DNA from: Azolla caroliniana | Taxonomy: Eukaryota; Plantae; Polypodiophyta | Assembly: GCA_043228905.1 (NCBI GenBank) | Contig: JBHGNT010000012.1 | Location: forward strand, 8,184,001-8,248,000 | Reading direction: 5' to 3' | Length of the DNA stretch: 64,000 nt | Shown here: in pieces, positions 44,901 to 57,662 of the stretch | How positions within the stretch are numbered: position 1 is the stretch's first letter | Layout: each line of letters begins with the position of its first letter | Notes under the pieces: generated by a model | Told to the model about the DNA's origin: nothing | Seen by the model: only the letters and a program-made list of their open reading frames with translations | Databases searched by the model: none | Translations under genes and position numbers: made by a program

Positions 44901-47494
44901 CGCCGACTTGGAGTCGGAGAAGAAGATGAAGAGCTCAAAGTCGACCGGTGAGGATCAACTCTACGAGGAGCAGTCCCGACCGGCAAGGGACCGGTTAACA
45001 CTCGAGGATCCGGCCGAAGACGGTGAAGAAATAGAACCGACCGAAGAAGATGAAAATGATACCGGAACCGGCCCCGATCCCGAAATGGATTCGGATGAAG
45101 AAGAATCGGAAGAACCGGTCACCGAAGCCCCGGAACGGAGATATCCGCTAAGGGAGAGAAGGGCCCCCCGGAGATTTCCGGAACCAGAGCACGTGCTGCT
45201 AACCGACGAGGGGGAGCCGGAGAGCTTTGAAGAAGCGAAGCTTGACAACCATAGCCGCAGGTGGTTAAGTGCCATGCAGGAGGAGATGGATTCCCTGCAT
45301 GAGAACCACACATATGAACTTGTGGAGTTGCCGAAAGGTAAGCGGGCACTTCGAAAAAAGTGGGTGTTCAAGCTGAAACCGGGAGATGCCGGAAACCCCC
45401 CGAGATACAAAGCCAGGATCGTAGTGCAGGGGTTCCAGCAGAAGAAGGGCGTCGACTTCGACGAGATATTTGCCCCGGTAGTGAAGATGACCTCCATCCG
45501 GACGGTGCTGAGCATAGCGGCAAGCATGGACCTCGAGGTTGAACAGTTGGACGTGAAGACGGCATTCCTTCACGGTGACCTCGAAGAAGAGATCTACATG
45601 CAGCAACCGGAAGGATTCGAGAAGAAAGGGAAGGAGCACCTGGTATGCCGGTTGAAGAAGAGCCTTTACGGACTGAAGCAGGCTCCCCGGCAATGGTACC
45701 GGAAGTTCGACTCCTTCATGACCGACGAAGGGTACCACAAAACGCAGTCTGATCACTGCGTGTTTGTGAAGAAGTTCGAAGGAGGAGACTCTCTGATACT
45801 CCTCCTGTACGTGGACGACATGTTGATCGTCGGACGGGACCAGGTCAAGATACGGATGCTGAAGAAGGCTCTTCACCGAACCTTCTCAATGAAGGACCTG
45901 GGTCCGGCGAGGCAAATACTAGGGATGCACATCATCCGGGACCGGAAGAAGAAGCAGTTGTGGCTGTCACAGGAGAAGTACGTGACAAAGGTGCTTCACC
46001 GGTTCAACATGTCGGAAGCAAGACCGGTCGGGTCAACCCTCCCGGCAAATTGCAAGTTGTCCAGCAAGCAAAGCCCCAAGACAAAGGCTGAGAAAGAGGA
46101 CATGATGAAAGTACCATATGCCTCTGCCATCGGAAGCTTGATGTACGCAATGGTGTGTACAAGACCGGACATAGGATATGCAGTTGGAGTGGTGAGCCGG
46201 TACATGAGCAATCCCGGCAAAGAGCACTGGAACGCGGTCAAGTGGATACTCCGATACCTGAAGGGCACGGCAAACGTGTGCCTCCGATTCGGCTCCGATA
46301 AGCCCGAACTCGACGGCTTTACCGATTCGGATATGTCGGCTGATGCAGATACCAGCCGGTCCACATCAGGGTATGTGATGACGTATGCAGGGGGAGCTGT
46401 TTCGTGGCAGTCGAGGCTGCAGAAGACGGTTGCGTTGTCAACCACGGAGGCGGAGTACATGGCGGCTGTTGAAGCCGGCAAGGAAATAATATGGATGAAG
46501 GACTTCATTAGAGAGCTCGGTATCCGGCAGGAGGAGTACCGACTCTACTGCGACAGTCAGAGTGCCATCCACCTTGCGAAGAACGCGGCCTACCATTCCC
46601 GGACGAAACACATCCAGCGTAGATACCATTGGATCCGAGAGAGGATAGAAGACAAGGAGTTCGTGCTGACGAAGATCCACACGGACGAGAACGGGTCGGA
46701 TATGTTGACCAAGGTGCTCACACCCGACAAGCTGGAAGCATGCCGGGAGAGGATCGGGTTGGAGAGACATCCCATGCCGAAGTGAAGGGGGAGTTTGTTG
46801 GGATTTCGGTCCCTCCGGATGGGATGTCCGGAGATGAATGACGGCAAGCCCGGAGGATGTTACGGAACCGGATGATGAAGAGTACCCGGATACGGAACCG
46901 GATGATGAAGAGTACCCGGATACGGAACCGGATGATGAAGAGTACCCGGCATGAAGCCGGATGAAGAGTACCCGGATACGGCTCCGGATGATGAAGACCC
47001 CGGTTACAGAGCCGGATGACGAATGTACCCGGAGAGAGATCCGGATGCGGGGACATGTTTGTGAATATGTTTGCCAAGAGCCCTTGAGGCTATATTTGTA
47101 AATAGCCCGAAAGTCATATGTGTATAAATATGACTTAGGGCAAACAGTTATATGTTGTTGCTTATTTTTCTGTTTTCCACTTAGAGAGAGTGAAGATAGC
47201 AGCCGAGAGAGAGAGAGAGAGAGAGAGAGACGAGGAGGTCGTTGCCTCTGTGTATTACCGCCGCCTGTGGCGAAGACAGTGAGCTCAAGGTTGTTGCCTT
47301 AAAGCTTCACCATTGTACATCTCTGTTCATAGTGATAGTTGGAGTTTGAGGACTCCCGTGGTTTTTCCCATTTAGGGTTTTCCACGTAAAATATCCTGTG
47401 TACTCTTCTCTCTATTGTCCTTGTGTACTTTGTATTTCCTATTTTCTGTGAGTTGATCCTATTCCTCGGTTGTGGCCGAGCACCGTTTGCAACA
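41982..47494 (+). mobile_element. Intact Ty1/copia retrotransposon, very young
   Basis: 699-bp LTRs 41982-42680 and 46796-47494 look identical by eye; TSD TAGTG; iMet PBS 42684-42695; PPT 46780-46794. Confidence 0.97.
42712..46785 (+). CDS. Copia gag-pol polyprotein (gag-CCHC-PR-IN-RT-RNase H)
   Basis: CFHCGKPGHFRKNC, WVVDSGAS, LWHKRLCH, ADNGGEY, LYVDD, STTEAEY; uninterrupted. Confidence 0.96.
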   Translation: MEGGSSGQPGMMVLNAQNYADWKIKMEDLLIVRDLYEPIDRSEIPKGVLETEWRLLNRKAVATIRQYVDVSVLQHVANNTNAYEMWRKLSGLYERKNALNQTSLMRKIVNLKYRDGESMVEHVSTFMGFVNQLAAIKFPLEDAMQAIILMCTLPDSWENLVVTLSTSCAEDNLSLQTVKTSILNEEARRRDKEPASDPKALLTESERGRHWNRSPQRREKSGTRSQSRGRPTCFHCGKPGHFRKNCRHYRKENEADDTDSKKSPERNGAYRGATDRRGPDRRGQDRKGTTALAASEEEIMLITEERELNLADEEMTWVVDSGASFHLTPERRYFSSYTAGEHGCVRMGNEGTCRIAGIGDVWLMTSTGCKMLLKDVRHVPEVRLNLISAGRLDDEGYTGSIRNGVMKFSKGSLIVARARKINTLYLMNSRLCPEELNVAADTAGELWHKRLCHMSEKGMKRLAEDNLIPVKHVHLEKCTDCLAGKQNRTSFHSRPPTRRSAPLELVHTDVCQVETKSHGGAQYFVTFIDDHSRKLWTAPLKTKDQVLSVFKELHARVERESGKKLKAIRADNGGEYRGQFAEYCRSKGIRLEFTVPKTPELNGLAERMNRTIMERVQSMLAHAKLPKGFWAEAMSTATYVINRSPSVPLDGDTLQKVWTGKEVSYRHLKVFGCLVYVHVAKDRRGKLDPKTRPCIFLGYGDDEFGYRVWDPVDKKIFRSRDIIFMEDKTLADLESEKKMKSSKSTGEDQLYEEQSRPARDRLTLEDPAEDGEEIEPTEEDENDTGTGPDPEMDSDEEESEEPVTEAPERRYPLRERRAPRRFPEPEHVLLTDEGEPESFEEAKLDNHSRRWLSAMQEEMDSLHENHTYELVELPKGKRALRKKWVFKLKPGDAGNPPRYKARIVVQGFQQKKGVDFDEIFAPVVKMTSIRTVLSIAASMDLEVEQLDVKTAFLHGDLEEEIYMQQPEGFEKKGKEHLVCRLKKSLYGLKQAPRQWYRKFDSFMTDEGYHKTQSDHCVFVKKFEGGDSLILLLYVDDMLIVGRDQVKIRMLKKALHRTFSMKDLGPARQILGMHIIRDRKKKQLWLSQEKYVTKVLHRFNMSEARPVGSTLPANCKLSSKQSPKTKAEKEDMMKVPYASAIGSLMYAMVCTRPDIGYAVGVVSRYMSNPGKEHWNAVKWILRYLKGTANVCLRFGSDKPELDGFTDSDMSADADTSRSTSGYVMTYAGGAVSWQSRLQKTVALSTTEAEYMAAVEAGKEIIWMKDFIRELGIRQEEYRLYCDSQSAIHLAKNAAYHSRTKHIQRRYHWIRERIEDKEFVLTKIHTDENGSDMLTKVLTPDKLEACRERIGLERHPMPK

Positions 47495-50400
47495 TAGTGG
47501 TGTGTAAGCTCACGTATTATATGATTGATGAAGTGTCCACCTTGGTCACTAACGAGCTTGATTGGGCATCCGTAACGGCACCAAAGATGCTCGTACACAA
47601 ATTTAGCCGTGGATGCCGCCGTGTTGTCTCGGAGAGCTTTAGCCTCGACCCATTTGGTGCAGTAGTCCGTGGCCACGATAATATACCTATTCCCTGTACG
47701 GGCCGTGGGTGGCTTGAAAGGGCCTACAAAATCCAAACCCCATTTTTGAAATGGGTCCAACGGGAGAATCGGATGGTGTGGCATCCGTGATTGTTCCATT
47801 GGTTGCACCAATCGTTGGCACAAATCGCACTGTCGGCAAAACTCGTGAGCATCTTTCTTCGTTGTCGGCCACCACAATCTGCTTTGCCAAACCTTCCTTG
47901 TCGTGGAATCCCCGGCGTAATGTCCCTCCGTTACTCTCTGGTGGGCCTCCTGAAGAACGACGTTCTTCTCGAAATGCCGAATCGCTCAGCGCCATATGCC
48001 GTCCGAGCCTTTGTGGTAAAGAATGTCCGAGACGAGGCAAAAATTCTGGCTACGTACTGCTAGGCGTTTCCTCGCGTCAAGGGGCATGTGCTCGGGAGGT
48101 AGGCCGATACTGAGAAAATGGGCCATCTCTATGATCCATTCATCTTCGTTATCGTCTGGCATCGTGGTCATGTTAAATAAGCTGGCATCCGGTAAATCGT
48201 CGTAAGTTGTTTCCGCCGGTTCCCCTGATTCAAGACAGCTCAAGTAGTCGGCGACGGCGTGTTGGACCCCAGGTCGATGCTGAATCTGGAAATCAAATTC
48301 TTGGAGTAGGAGCACCCACCGAGCCAACCGTCCCGTGAGGGCGTGTTTATTGACCAAATAAAGAAGGGCCAAGTGATCCACTTGAAAGGTAAACTTCCGA
48401 CCCAAGAGGTAATGCCGGAATTTATTGATGCTATAAATCATACCGAGGGCCTCTCGCTCGGTGGTGGAGTAGTTCTTTTCTGCGGTTGAGAGCCGTCAGC
48501 TGGCGTAGTACACGGGCCTATACCAATTCGGGAGTGTACATTGCATCAGGGCGCTTCCGATGGCGATGTCTGAAACATCCACGAAGACATGGAATGGTTT
48601 GGACCAAACCGGGGGCTGGACCACTAGGGCATGCGAGAGCATTAGTTTCAGGGTTTGGTAAGCCGTGTCCTCGGTTGACGTCCATTGGAAGGGAAGGCGA
48701 TGTTCTGCCGCGTGTAAAGGTGTCGCAAAATCGGCCAGATGTCGTATCATTCGGCTGTGCCACCTGATTTGTCCCAAAAATCGGCTTAGTGCCTTTGCAT
48801 TCGAGGGTGCGGGAGCGGTCAGGATGGTCTTTACTTTATTAGGGTCCATCGCGATGCCTTCTTGACTGACAATGTGGCCGAGAAGGTTGCCGTTGGAGAC
48901 TAAGAAAGCGCATTTCGCTGGGTTTAAGCTTAATCGAGCCTGGCGACATCAATCCAGACAGAGTCGCAGCTGGGTCATGTGTTCCCATTGATGGCCATAC
49001 ACGGCGAAATTGTCGAGAAAGACTTGCATGAACACCGGGATGTAGTCGTGAAAGATTTCGATGATGATGCGCTGGAACGTAGCCGGCGCCGTTTTTAAAC
49101 CGAACATCATTACTTTTGCCACAAAAACACCCCATTCCATGACGAATGCAGTTTTCTCCTGATCCTCTGGCATTCTTATCTGGTTATAGCCGCTGAACCC
49201 GTCAAGGAAACTGTAGCATTTGTGGCCTGCTACCGTGTCAGAACGCTGTCCGTGAACGGGAGAGGGAAACCGTCGGTCACCGTGGCCGTGTTAAGCTTCC
49301 GATAGTCGACGCAGACTCAGATTTTTCCGTTCTTCTTTGGGACGACTACGATCGGGCTTAACCACGTGGCTCGTTTGACAGGTCGAATGAAACCAACTCG
49401 GAGTAGTTTGTCGATTTCCTCTTTGACTTTAGCGGCGGAGTTGGGGTTCATCCTGTAGCGCCTCTGCTAAACCGGCCGAGTGTCGGGTAAGAGGTGGATT
49501 TGATGTTGGTAGTATTGAGGGTCCAACCCCTTCATATCGGTGTAAGACCAGGCGAAAACATCCTAGTAGTCGGTGAGCAATCGTACGAGAGATGCCCGTT
49601 CCCCGGTTGGTAGATTATTGGCAATTTGTAACGTACGAGGATTCTCGTCCGAGCCGAGGTTTATCGTTTCCAGTGTTGATGCTTTGACCCGTTGTGAAAT
49701 GGCGAGCTCGCGTTCGAAAGCATCCCGAGCATGGCGTAGCTCCGCAACTGTGGTTGAATCCGGTTCATCTTGGGGCAGTGATTCCTCCGTGACTTCTTCG
49801 TCTTTAGGTGGCTCGATGGTTGGTATGGCGTTGATTTCGAAGAGTGGGATGATCGTGGGATGATCCTCTAGGAAGTCATCGACCTCCTCATCGGCCAAAC
49901 CGTCGAGCATATGGACCCCCTCCGCATATAACGGCGACGCGTTGAGGACCGCGGGGACGTGTTCTTCCGTGATAATTCGGACCTTTGTCTTGCCTTGGCG
50001 GAACGAGATCATGTTGCGTTGCCAATGCTGCTTGATATTCGTTGTACGCAACCATGGTCTACCTAGTAACATTGGGTAGGCGCCTTGTCTCTCCAGTCTT
50101 AGCACGACGGCCGAGATTGTGAACATGTGGCCTCCGAGTGTGAAGTCGAGGTGGCGGATTAAACCAATGGGGCGAACGGAGCGGGTGTCAGCCATCCGAA
50201 GCCAAAAGGGGCACGGTTCCCATTGATTTAGGCCAAGGTTGTGACAAGTTGTCTCACTAATAACATTTATGCCAGATCCGCCGTCTATGATGCATCCGTG
50301 CAAGTCTTGTCCTTTAATGATGATTTTCACGGCTGGGTTCTGAGAATCCATGAGTGGTGGACCTGTGCCTGGTTCGGTGAGGTGAACCGGTGGCGTTACG

Positions 50401-52587
50401 GGCTTAGTATTGGCCTGTAGTGCAGCCAGGGTGTCCCGAAATCTCGGCATGAGTGGTAACAGCTTATGTAGGGGCAGCGAGATGCGGGAGTTGGTAAGAG
50501 CATCCCATAGTTGGTCGTCCTCCGACAACGTGGATGGTACCGAGGTTTGTGGTGCTCCACTGGGCCCGTCTCTCATGTCAGTTTGCATGCGCACGACATT
50601 ATTTTAATTGGCCGTGTCGATCCATTCTTTTGCTGCCTAACGGACTTCATCCTGGATATGCCACTGTGTAGTCTGCGCTTTACTCCGAGTAGTGACGGTT
50701 TGAACATCTGCCCTGATACTGTTCACCGCGGGTGCCTTGCCACGGTCGGTTGTTGGGCATTGTGTGGCGTAGTGGCCTGGTTGGTTACATTTAAAACACG
50801 TAACGTTGGCTGAGCTGCTGGTGTCTGCTCGGTCTGTGTGTGAAAGTTGTTGCTATTGATTCCCAGTCTCGTTTGGTGGTGGGTTGGTCCGAGGTGCGTT
50901 GGAGTTGCGCTGGTCATTTTGAGGAGCGTCATGTCGGCGGTTGTCATTATGTCTTCTATTGTTGCGTGAGTTGCGGTTGCCGTTTCGCCGATCATTGTGT
51001 GAGTTCCGTCGGTCATACCGGTCATCGCGATCGTCATCATATTGAGCATAATCGTCGTGGCGATTATCACGATAGTGATCACGACGGTCATCACGTCGGT
51101 AGTCGTCGTCTCGGCGTCGTCGATCCGGGGATCGCGGTCGGTCATTATCTTGGTCTCGGTAGGCATATTGCTCGTCCTGCCGAGAGTATGTATTTCTTGG
51201 CTCGATCTGGTGGACCGGTGCCGCCGTTGTGCGGTTCAGCATATTATATTCACACTGCTCGACAGTGTGAGCTCGAGACTGACAGATCGGACATTGTGGT
51301 CGGTGGGGACATTCGAGGGCCAGGTGCCCTGATCCTGAACACGTCGTGCATTGGAGAGCTTGGCGAAAGCGATTGTCCTCTTGGGGAAGAGCGTTTTGTA
51401 AGGATGTCATCGAGAAGGCCGCGCCGTGCTGGGTCCAATCGAGGGCGAGAACCCGCGCTATGACTTGTTCGATAGTATGGTTGGCGAAATTTGTAAGTGC
51501 GAGAGTCGTTCGGAGAGGCTCTCGTAAACTGGACAGGAAAGTGTCCGGTATATGTTGTGCTGAGACATCATCAGCCACTTATCTGTAGAGATCCTGGAAC
51601 CAGATCGTGAACTGCGCGACCGTTTCGTGCGGTTCTTGGCATATAGAGAAGAATTGCCAGAGCAGTTCCCGTTTAGGCACCTCGCGATGAAAAAGTTCAA
51701 GGAACTTTGTGCGCACGATTTGGAAAGTGGTGGCCTCTCCTATTTCGAGGCGAGAGTACCATCGTGCGGCCGGTCCATCGAGGGAGAGTGTGAACTCGGC
51801 AATCTTTGAGGCATCGATTTCGGTCGGCATGAGGCGGTGCGTTGAGTGGTTGGCCTACAACGTGGATATGAAGGCACGGATGTGTGACTCCGCGTCTGGT
51901 CCATCGGTGTATCGTGGGTATGGGTACGGCATGATGTCGTACTCTGGGTCTTCTGGTAGCACCGGGAAAGGGTTTAGTTCCGGTTGATTGACCTCCGAAG
52001 GGCTTGGCGGGGGTTTTGGTGGTGAATCAACTCGCGATCAAGTGTCCGGTGGCGAGGATTGCACTGGGGAAGCCTCCGATTGCTCGGGAAAGGATTGGTC
52101 TGTGACCGCCGAGTCAGAAGTTCCTTTGACTGGCTCAGGGCGTCGGGCAGGTGGCCGAGACCTCGTGGTGCGAGGGGGCGTCGTAATGGCGGCTGGTGGT
52201 TACCTTCAACGAAGTTCACTGTGCACTCACAGTTGTAACCGGGCGTGCCAAATTGTGGTACCCGTTTCTTTGGGTGAACACCTTCGATAGACCTGCAGCT
52301 ATCGGTATCCAAGGGCGTGGTACGTGAAGGCTCGTAAACAAAGGCGTCGTGAGGGAGAAAATAATCAGAGATAAAACACTAGCGAGATCTTGATAGGCGT
52401 GGACGGCGCTGAAATCATAAGTACGAGCCAAAGCACAGACACATGGAGCAAGATGGGCACAAATCAGATATATTACTGCAACACCAAAAGGATTACAGAA
52501 CATGGCCTATGGCCGGTGACCTTACAGGATTATCTAGTTACGATGGACTATGCTAGTGCTTCCGCCTATATTTTCTGCCCCCTCTCT

Positions 52588-52847
52588 TGTTGAGCACAGT
52601 GCTCGGCCACAACCGAGGAATATGATTAACTCACAGAAAACAGGAAATACAAAATGCACGAAGTCAATAGAGAGAAGAGTACACTGGATGTTTTACGTGG
52701 AAAACCCTAAATGGGAAAAACCACGGGAGTCCTCAAACTCCAACTATCACTACAAACAGAGATGTACAATGGTGAAGCTACAAGGCAACAACCTTGAGCT
52801 CATTGTCTTCGCCACAGGCGGCGGTAATACACAGAGGCAACGACCTC

Positions 52848-52899
<52 letters not shown>

Positions 52900-55800
52900 C
52901 TGCTCACTTAGCTCCCTCTAAGTGGAAAACCAGAAAAATGAGTAACAACAACAGCAACCATAAACAGTTTGCCCTAAGTCATATTTATACACATATGACT
53001 TTCGGGCTATTTACAAATATAGCCACAAGGGGCCTTGGCAAACATATTAACAAATATGTCCCCGCATCCGGATCTCTCTCCGGGTACATTCGTCATCCGG
53101 CTCCGTAGCCGGGTACTCTTCATCCGGCTTCATGCCGGGTACTCTTCATCCTTACGGTTCCGTAACCGCAAACGGGCTTGCCGTCATTCATCTCCGGACA
53201 TCCCATCCGGAGGGACCGAAATCCCAACAAACTCCCCCTTCACTTCGGCATGGGATGTCTCTCCAATCCGATCCTCTTCCGGCATGCTTCCAGCTTGTCG
53301 GGTGTGAGCACCTTGGTCAGCATATCCGACCCGTTCTCGTCCGTGTGGATCTTCGTCAGCACGAACTCCTTGTCTTCTATCCTTTCCTGGATCCAGTGAT
53401 ATCTTCGCTGGATGTGCTTCGTCCGAGAGTGGTAGGCCGCGTTCTTCGCAAGGTGGATGGCACTCTGACTGTCGCAGTAGAGTCGGTACTCCTCCTGCCG
53501 GATACCGAGCTCTCTAATGAAGTCCTTCATCCATATTATTTCCTTGCCGGCTTCAACAGCCGCCATGTACTCCGCCTCCGTGGTTGACAACGCAACCGTC
53601 TTCTGCAGCCTCGACTGCCACGAAACAGCTCCCCCTGCATACGTCATCACATACCCTGATGTGGACCGGCTGGTATCTGCATCAGCCGACATATCCGAAT
53701 CGGTAAAACCGTCGAGTTCGGGCTTACCGGAGCCGAATCGGAGGCACACGTTTGTTGTGCCCTTCAGGTATCGGAGTATCCACTTGACCGCGTTCCAGTG
53801 CTCTTTGCCGGGATTGCTCATGTACCGGCTCACCACTCCGACTGCGTATCCTATGTCCGGTCTTGTACACACCATTGCGTACATCAAGCTTCCGACGGCA
53901 GAGGCATATGGTACTTTCATCATGTCCTCCTTCTCAGCCTTTGTCTTGGGGCTTTGCTTGCTGGACAACTTGCAGTTTGCCGGGAGGGTTGACCCGACCG
54001 GTCTTGCTTCCGACATGTTGAACCGGTGAAGCACCTTTGTCACGTACTTCTCCTGTGACAGCCACAACTGCTTCTTCTTCCGGTTCCGGATGATGTGCAT
54101 CCCTAGTATTTGCCTCGCCGGACCCAGGTCCTTCATTGAGAAAGTTCGGTGAAGCGCTTTCTTCAGCATTCGTATCTTGACCTGGTCCCGTCCAATGATC
54201 AACATGTCGTCCACGTACAGGAGGAGTATTAGAAAGTCTCCTCCCTCGAACTTCTTCACAAACACGCAGTGATCGGACTGCGTTTTGTGGTAGCCTTCGT
54301 CGGTCATGAAAGAGTCGAACTTCCGGTACCATTGCCGGGGAGCCTGCTTCAGTCCGTAAAGGCTCTTCTTCAACCGGCATACCAGGTGCTCCTTCCCTTT
54401 CTTCTCGAATCCTTCCGGTTGCTGCATGTAGATCTCTTCTTCGAGGTCACCGTGAAGGAATGCCGTCTTCACGTCCATCTGTTCTACCTCGAGGTCCATG
54501 CTTGCCGCTATGCTCAGCACCGTCCGGATGGAGGTCATCTTCACTACCGGGGCAAATATCTCGTCGAAGTCGACGCCCTTCTTCTGCTGGAACCCCTTCA
54601 CCACGATCCTGGCTTTGTATCTCGGGGGGTTTCCGGCATCTCCCGGTTTCAGCTTGAACACCCACTTGTTTCGAAGTGCCCGCTTTCCTTTCGGCAACTC
54701 CACAAGTTCATATGTGTGGTTCTCATGCAGGGAATCCATCTCCTCCTGCATGGCACTTAACCACCTGCGGCTATGGGTGTCAAGCCTTGCTTCTTCAAAA
54801 CTCTCCGGCTCCCCCTTGTCGGTTAGCAACACGTGCTCTGGTTCCGGAAATCTCCGGGAGGCCCTTCTCTCTCTTAGAGGATATCTCCGTTCCGGAGCTT
54901 CGGTAACCGGCTCCTCCGTTTCCTCTTCATCCGAATCCATTTCGGGATCGGGGCCGGTTCCGGTATCAGTTTCATCTTCCTCGGCCGGTTCTGTTTCTTC
55001 ACCGTCTTCGGCCGGATCCTTGAGTGCTAACCGGTCCCTTGCCGGTCGGGACTGCTCCTCGTAGAGTTGATCCTCACCGGTCGACTTGGAGCTCTTCATC
55101 TTCTTCTCCGACTCCCAGTCGGCGAGTGTCTTGTCCTCCATGAAGATGATATCACGACTCCGGAATATCTTTTTGTCGACCGGGTCCCATACTCGGTAGC
55201 CGAACTCGTCATCGCCGTAACCGAGGAATATGCATGGCCGGGTCTTTGGATCTAGCTTTCCTCTCCGGTCCTTTGCCACATGCACGTATGCGAGACACCC
55301 GAACACCTTCAGATGCCGGTAGGATACTTCCCTACCGGTCCACACTCTCTGCGGCGTGTCTCCGTCCAAAGGTACTGAGGGTGATCTGTTTATCACGTAT
55401 GTCGCCGTCGACATTGCCTCAGCCCAAAACCCCTTGGGTAATTTCGCATGCGCCAGCATACTCCGGACCCTCTCCATTATGGTCCGGTTCATCCTCTCGG
55501 CCAGCCCGTTCAGTTCCGGCGTCTTCGGCACAGTAAACTCGAGCCGGATTGCCTTCGAGCGACAGTACTCCGCGAACTGCCCCCGGTATTCCCCTTCGTT
55601 ATCCGCTCGTATCGCTTTCAGCTTCTTGCCGGATTCTCTTTCCACTCTCGCGTGAAGTTCTTTGAAGACGGACAACACTTGGTCCTTTGTCTTCAACGGT
55701 GCCGTCCACAGCTTCCGGCTGTGGTCATCAATGAATGTCACGAAGTACTGGGCTCCGCCATGTGACTTCGTTTCTACTTGACACACGTCAGTGTGCACCA

Positions 55801-57604
55801 ACTCCAATGGTGCACTACGTCTCGACAGTGGCCTTGAGTGGAAGGAGGTCCGGTTTTGCTTACCGGCCAAACAGTCGGTACACTTCCCCAAGTGTACATG
55901 CTTTACCGGTATCAGGTTGTCTTCGGCAAGCCTCTTCATCCCCTTCTCGCTCATGTGGCACAGTCTCTTGTGCCATAGCTCACCGGCAGTGTCAGCTGCC
56001 ACGTTCAGCTCCTCCGGGCATAGCCGGGAATTCATCAGGTACAGTGTGTTGATCTTCCGGGCCCGAGCCACTATCAGGCTCCCTTTGCTGAACTTCATGA
56101 CACCGTTCCGGATGCTACCCGTGTAGCCTTCATTGTCTAGCCTCCCGGCCGAAACCAGGTTCAATCGAACCTCCGGAACGTGTCGAACATCCTTCAGCAG
56201 CATCTTGCATCCGGTTGATGTCATCAGCCACACGTCTCCTATGCCGGCAATCCGGCATGTACCTTCATTTCCCATCCGGACACAGCCGTGCTCACCGGCT
56301 GTGTAGGATGAGAAGTATTTCTTCTCCGGGGTCAGGTGGAACGACGCTCCGAAATCGACCACCCAGGTCATCTCTTCACCGGCAAGGTTCAGCTCCCTCT
56401 CTTCGGTAATGAGCATTATCTCTTCTTCACTTGCCGCGAGTGCCGTCGTTCCTTTCCGGTCCTGCCCTCGCCGATCCGGACCTCTCCGGTCCGTGGCTCC
56501 CCGGCATGCACCGTTTCGCTCCGGTGACTTCTTCGAATCGGTGTCGTCGGCTCCGTTGTCTTTTCGGTAATGCCGACAATTCTTCCGGAAGTGCCCCGGC
56601 TTCCCACAGTGGAAGCATGTGGGCCTTCCTCTTGACTGCGACCGGGTCCCCGACTTCTCCCGTCTTTGCGGACTCCGGTTCCGTTGTCTTCCCCGTTCCG
56701 ATTCGGTAAGCAGCGCCTTCGAGTCGGAGGCCGGTTCTTTATCTCTCCGACGCGCTTCTTCGTTCAAAATGCTTGTCTTTACCGTTTGTAGAGACAAGTT
56801 ATCTTCGGTGCAGGAGGTGCTGAGAGTCACCACCAAGTTCTCCCAGCTTTCCGGCAATGTACACATCAGGATGATGGCTTGCATTGCATCCTCCAACGGG
56901 AACTTGATCGCTGCAAGCTGGTTCACGAATCCCATGAACGTGCTTACGTGTTCCACCATACTCTCGCCGTCCCGGTACTTGAGGTTCACTATCTTCCTCA
57001 TCAGGGAGGTCCGGTTCAACGCATTCTTCCTCTCGTAGAGGCCCGACAGCTTCCGCCACATCTCGTATGCGTTGGTGTCGTTCGCCACATGTTGTAGAAC
57101 GCTCACGTCGACGTATTGCCGAATGGTTGCAACGGCTTTCCGGTTCAGAAGCCTCCATTCCGTCTCAAGTACCCCCTTGGGTATTTCCGACCTGTCGATC
57201 GGTTCATACAGGTCCCGAACAATGAGCAGATCCTCCATCTTTATCTTCCAGTCGGCGTAGTTCTGCGCATTCAGCACCATCATCCCCGGCTGCCCGCTGC
57301 TGCCGCCTTCCATTTTCTGCACTGTCGTCGCTCTGATACCACTTTGTTGAGCACAGTGCTCGGCCACAACCGAGGAATATGATTAACTCACAGAAAACAG
57401 GAAATACAAAATGCACGAAGTCAATAGAGAGAAGAGTACACTGGATGTTTTACGTGGAAAACCCTAAATGGGAAAAACCACGGGAGTCCTCAAACTCCAA
57501 CTATCACTACAAACAGAGATGTACAATGGTGAAGCTACAAGGCAACAACCTTGAGCTCACTGTCTTCACCATAGGCGGCGGTAATACACAGAGGCAACGA
57601 CCTC

Positions 57605-57662
<58 letters not shown>

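Noticed and set aside
42765-57260. Many 60-240-aa antisense and alternate-frame ORFs over the copia genes
   Set aside because: These are shadow ORFs of GC-rich coding sequence, duplicated only because the two elements are near-identical.
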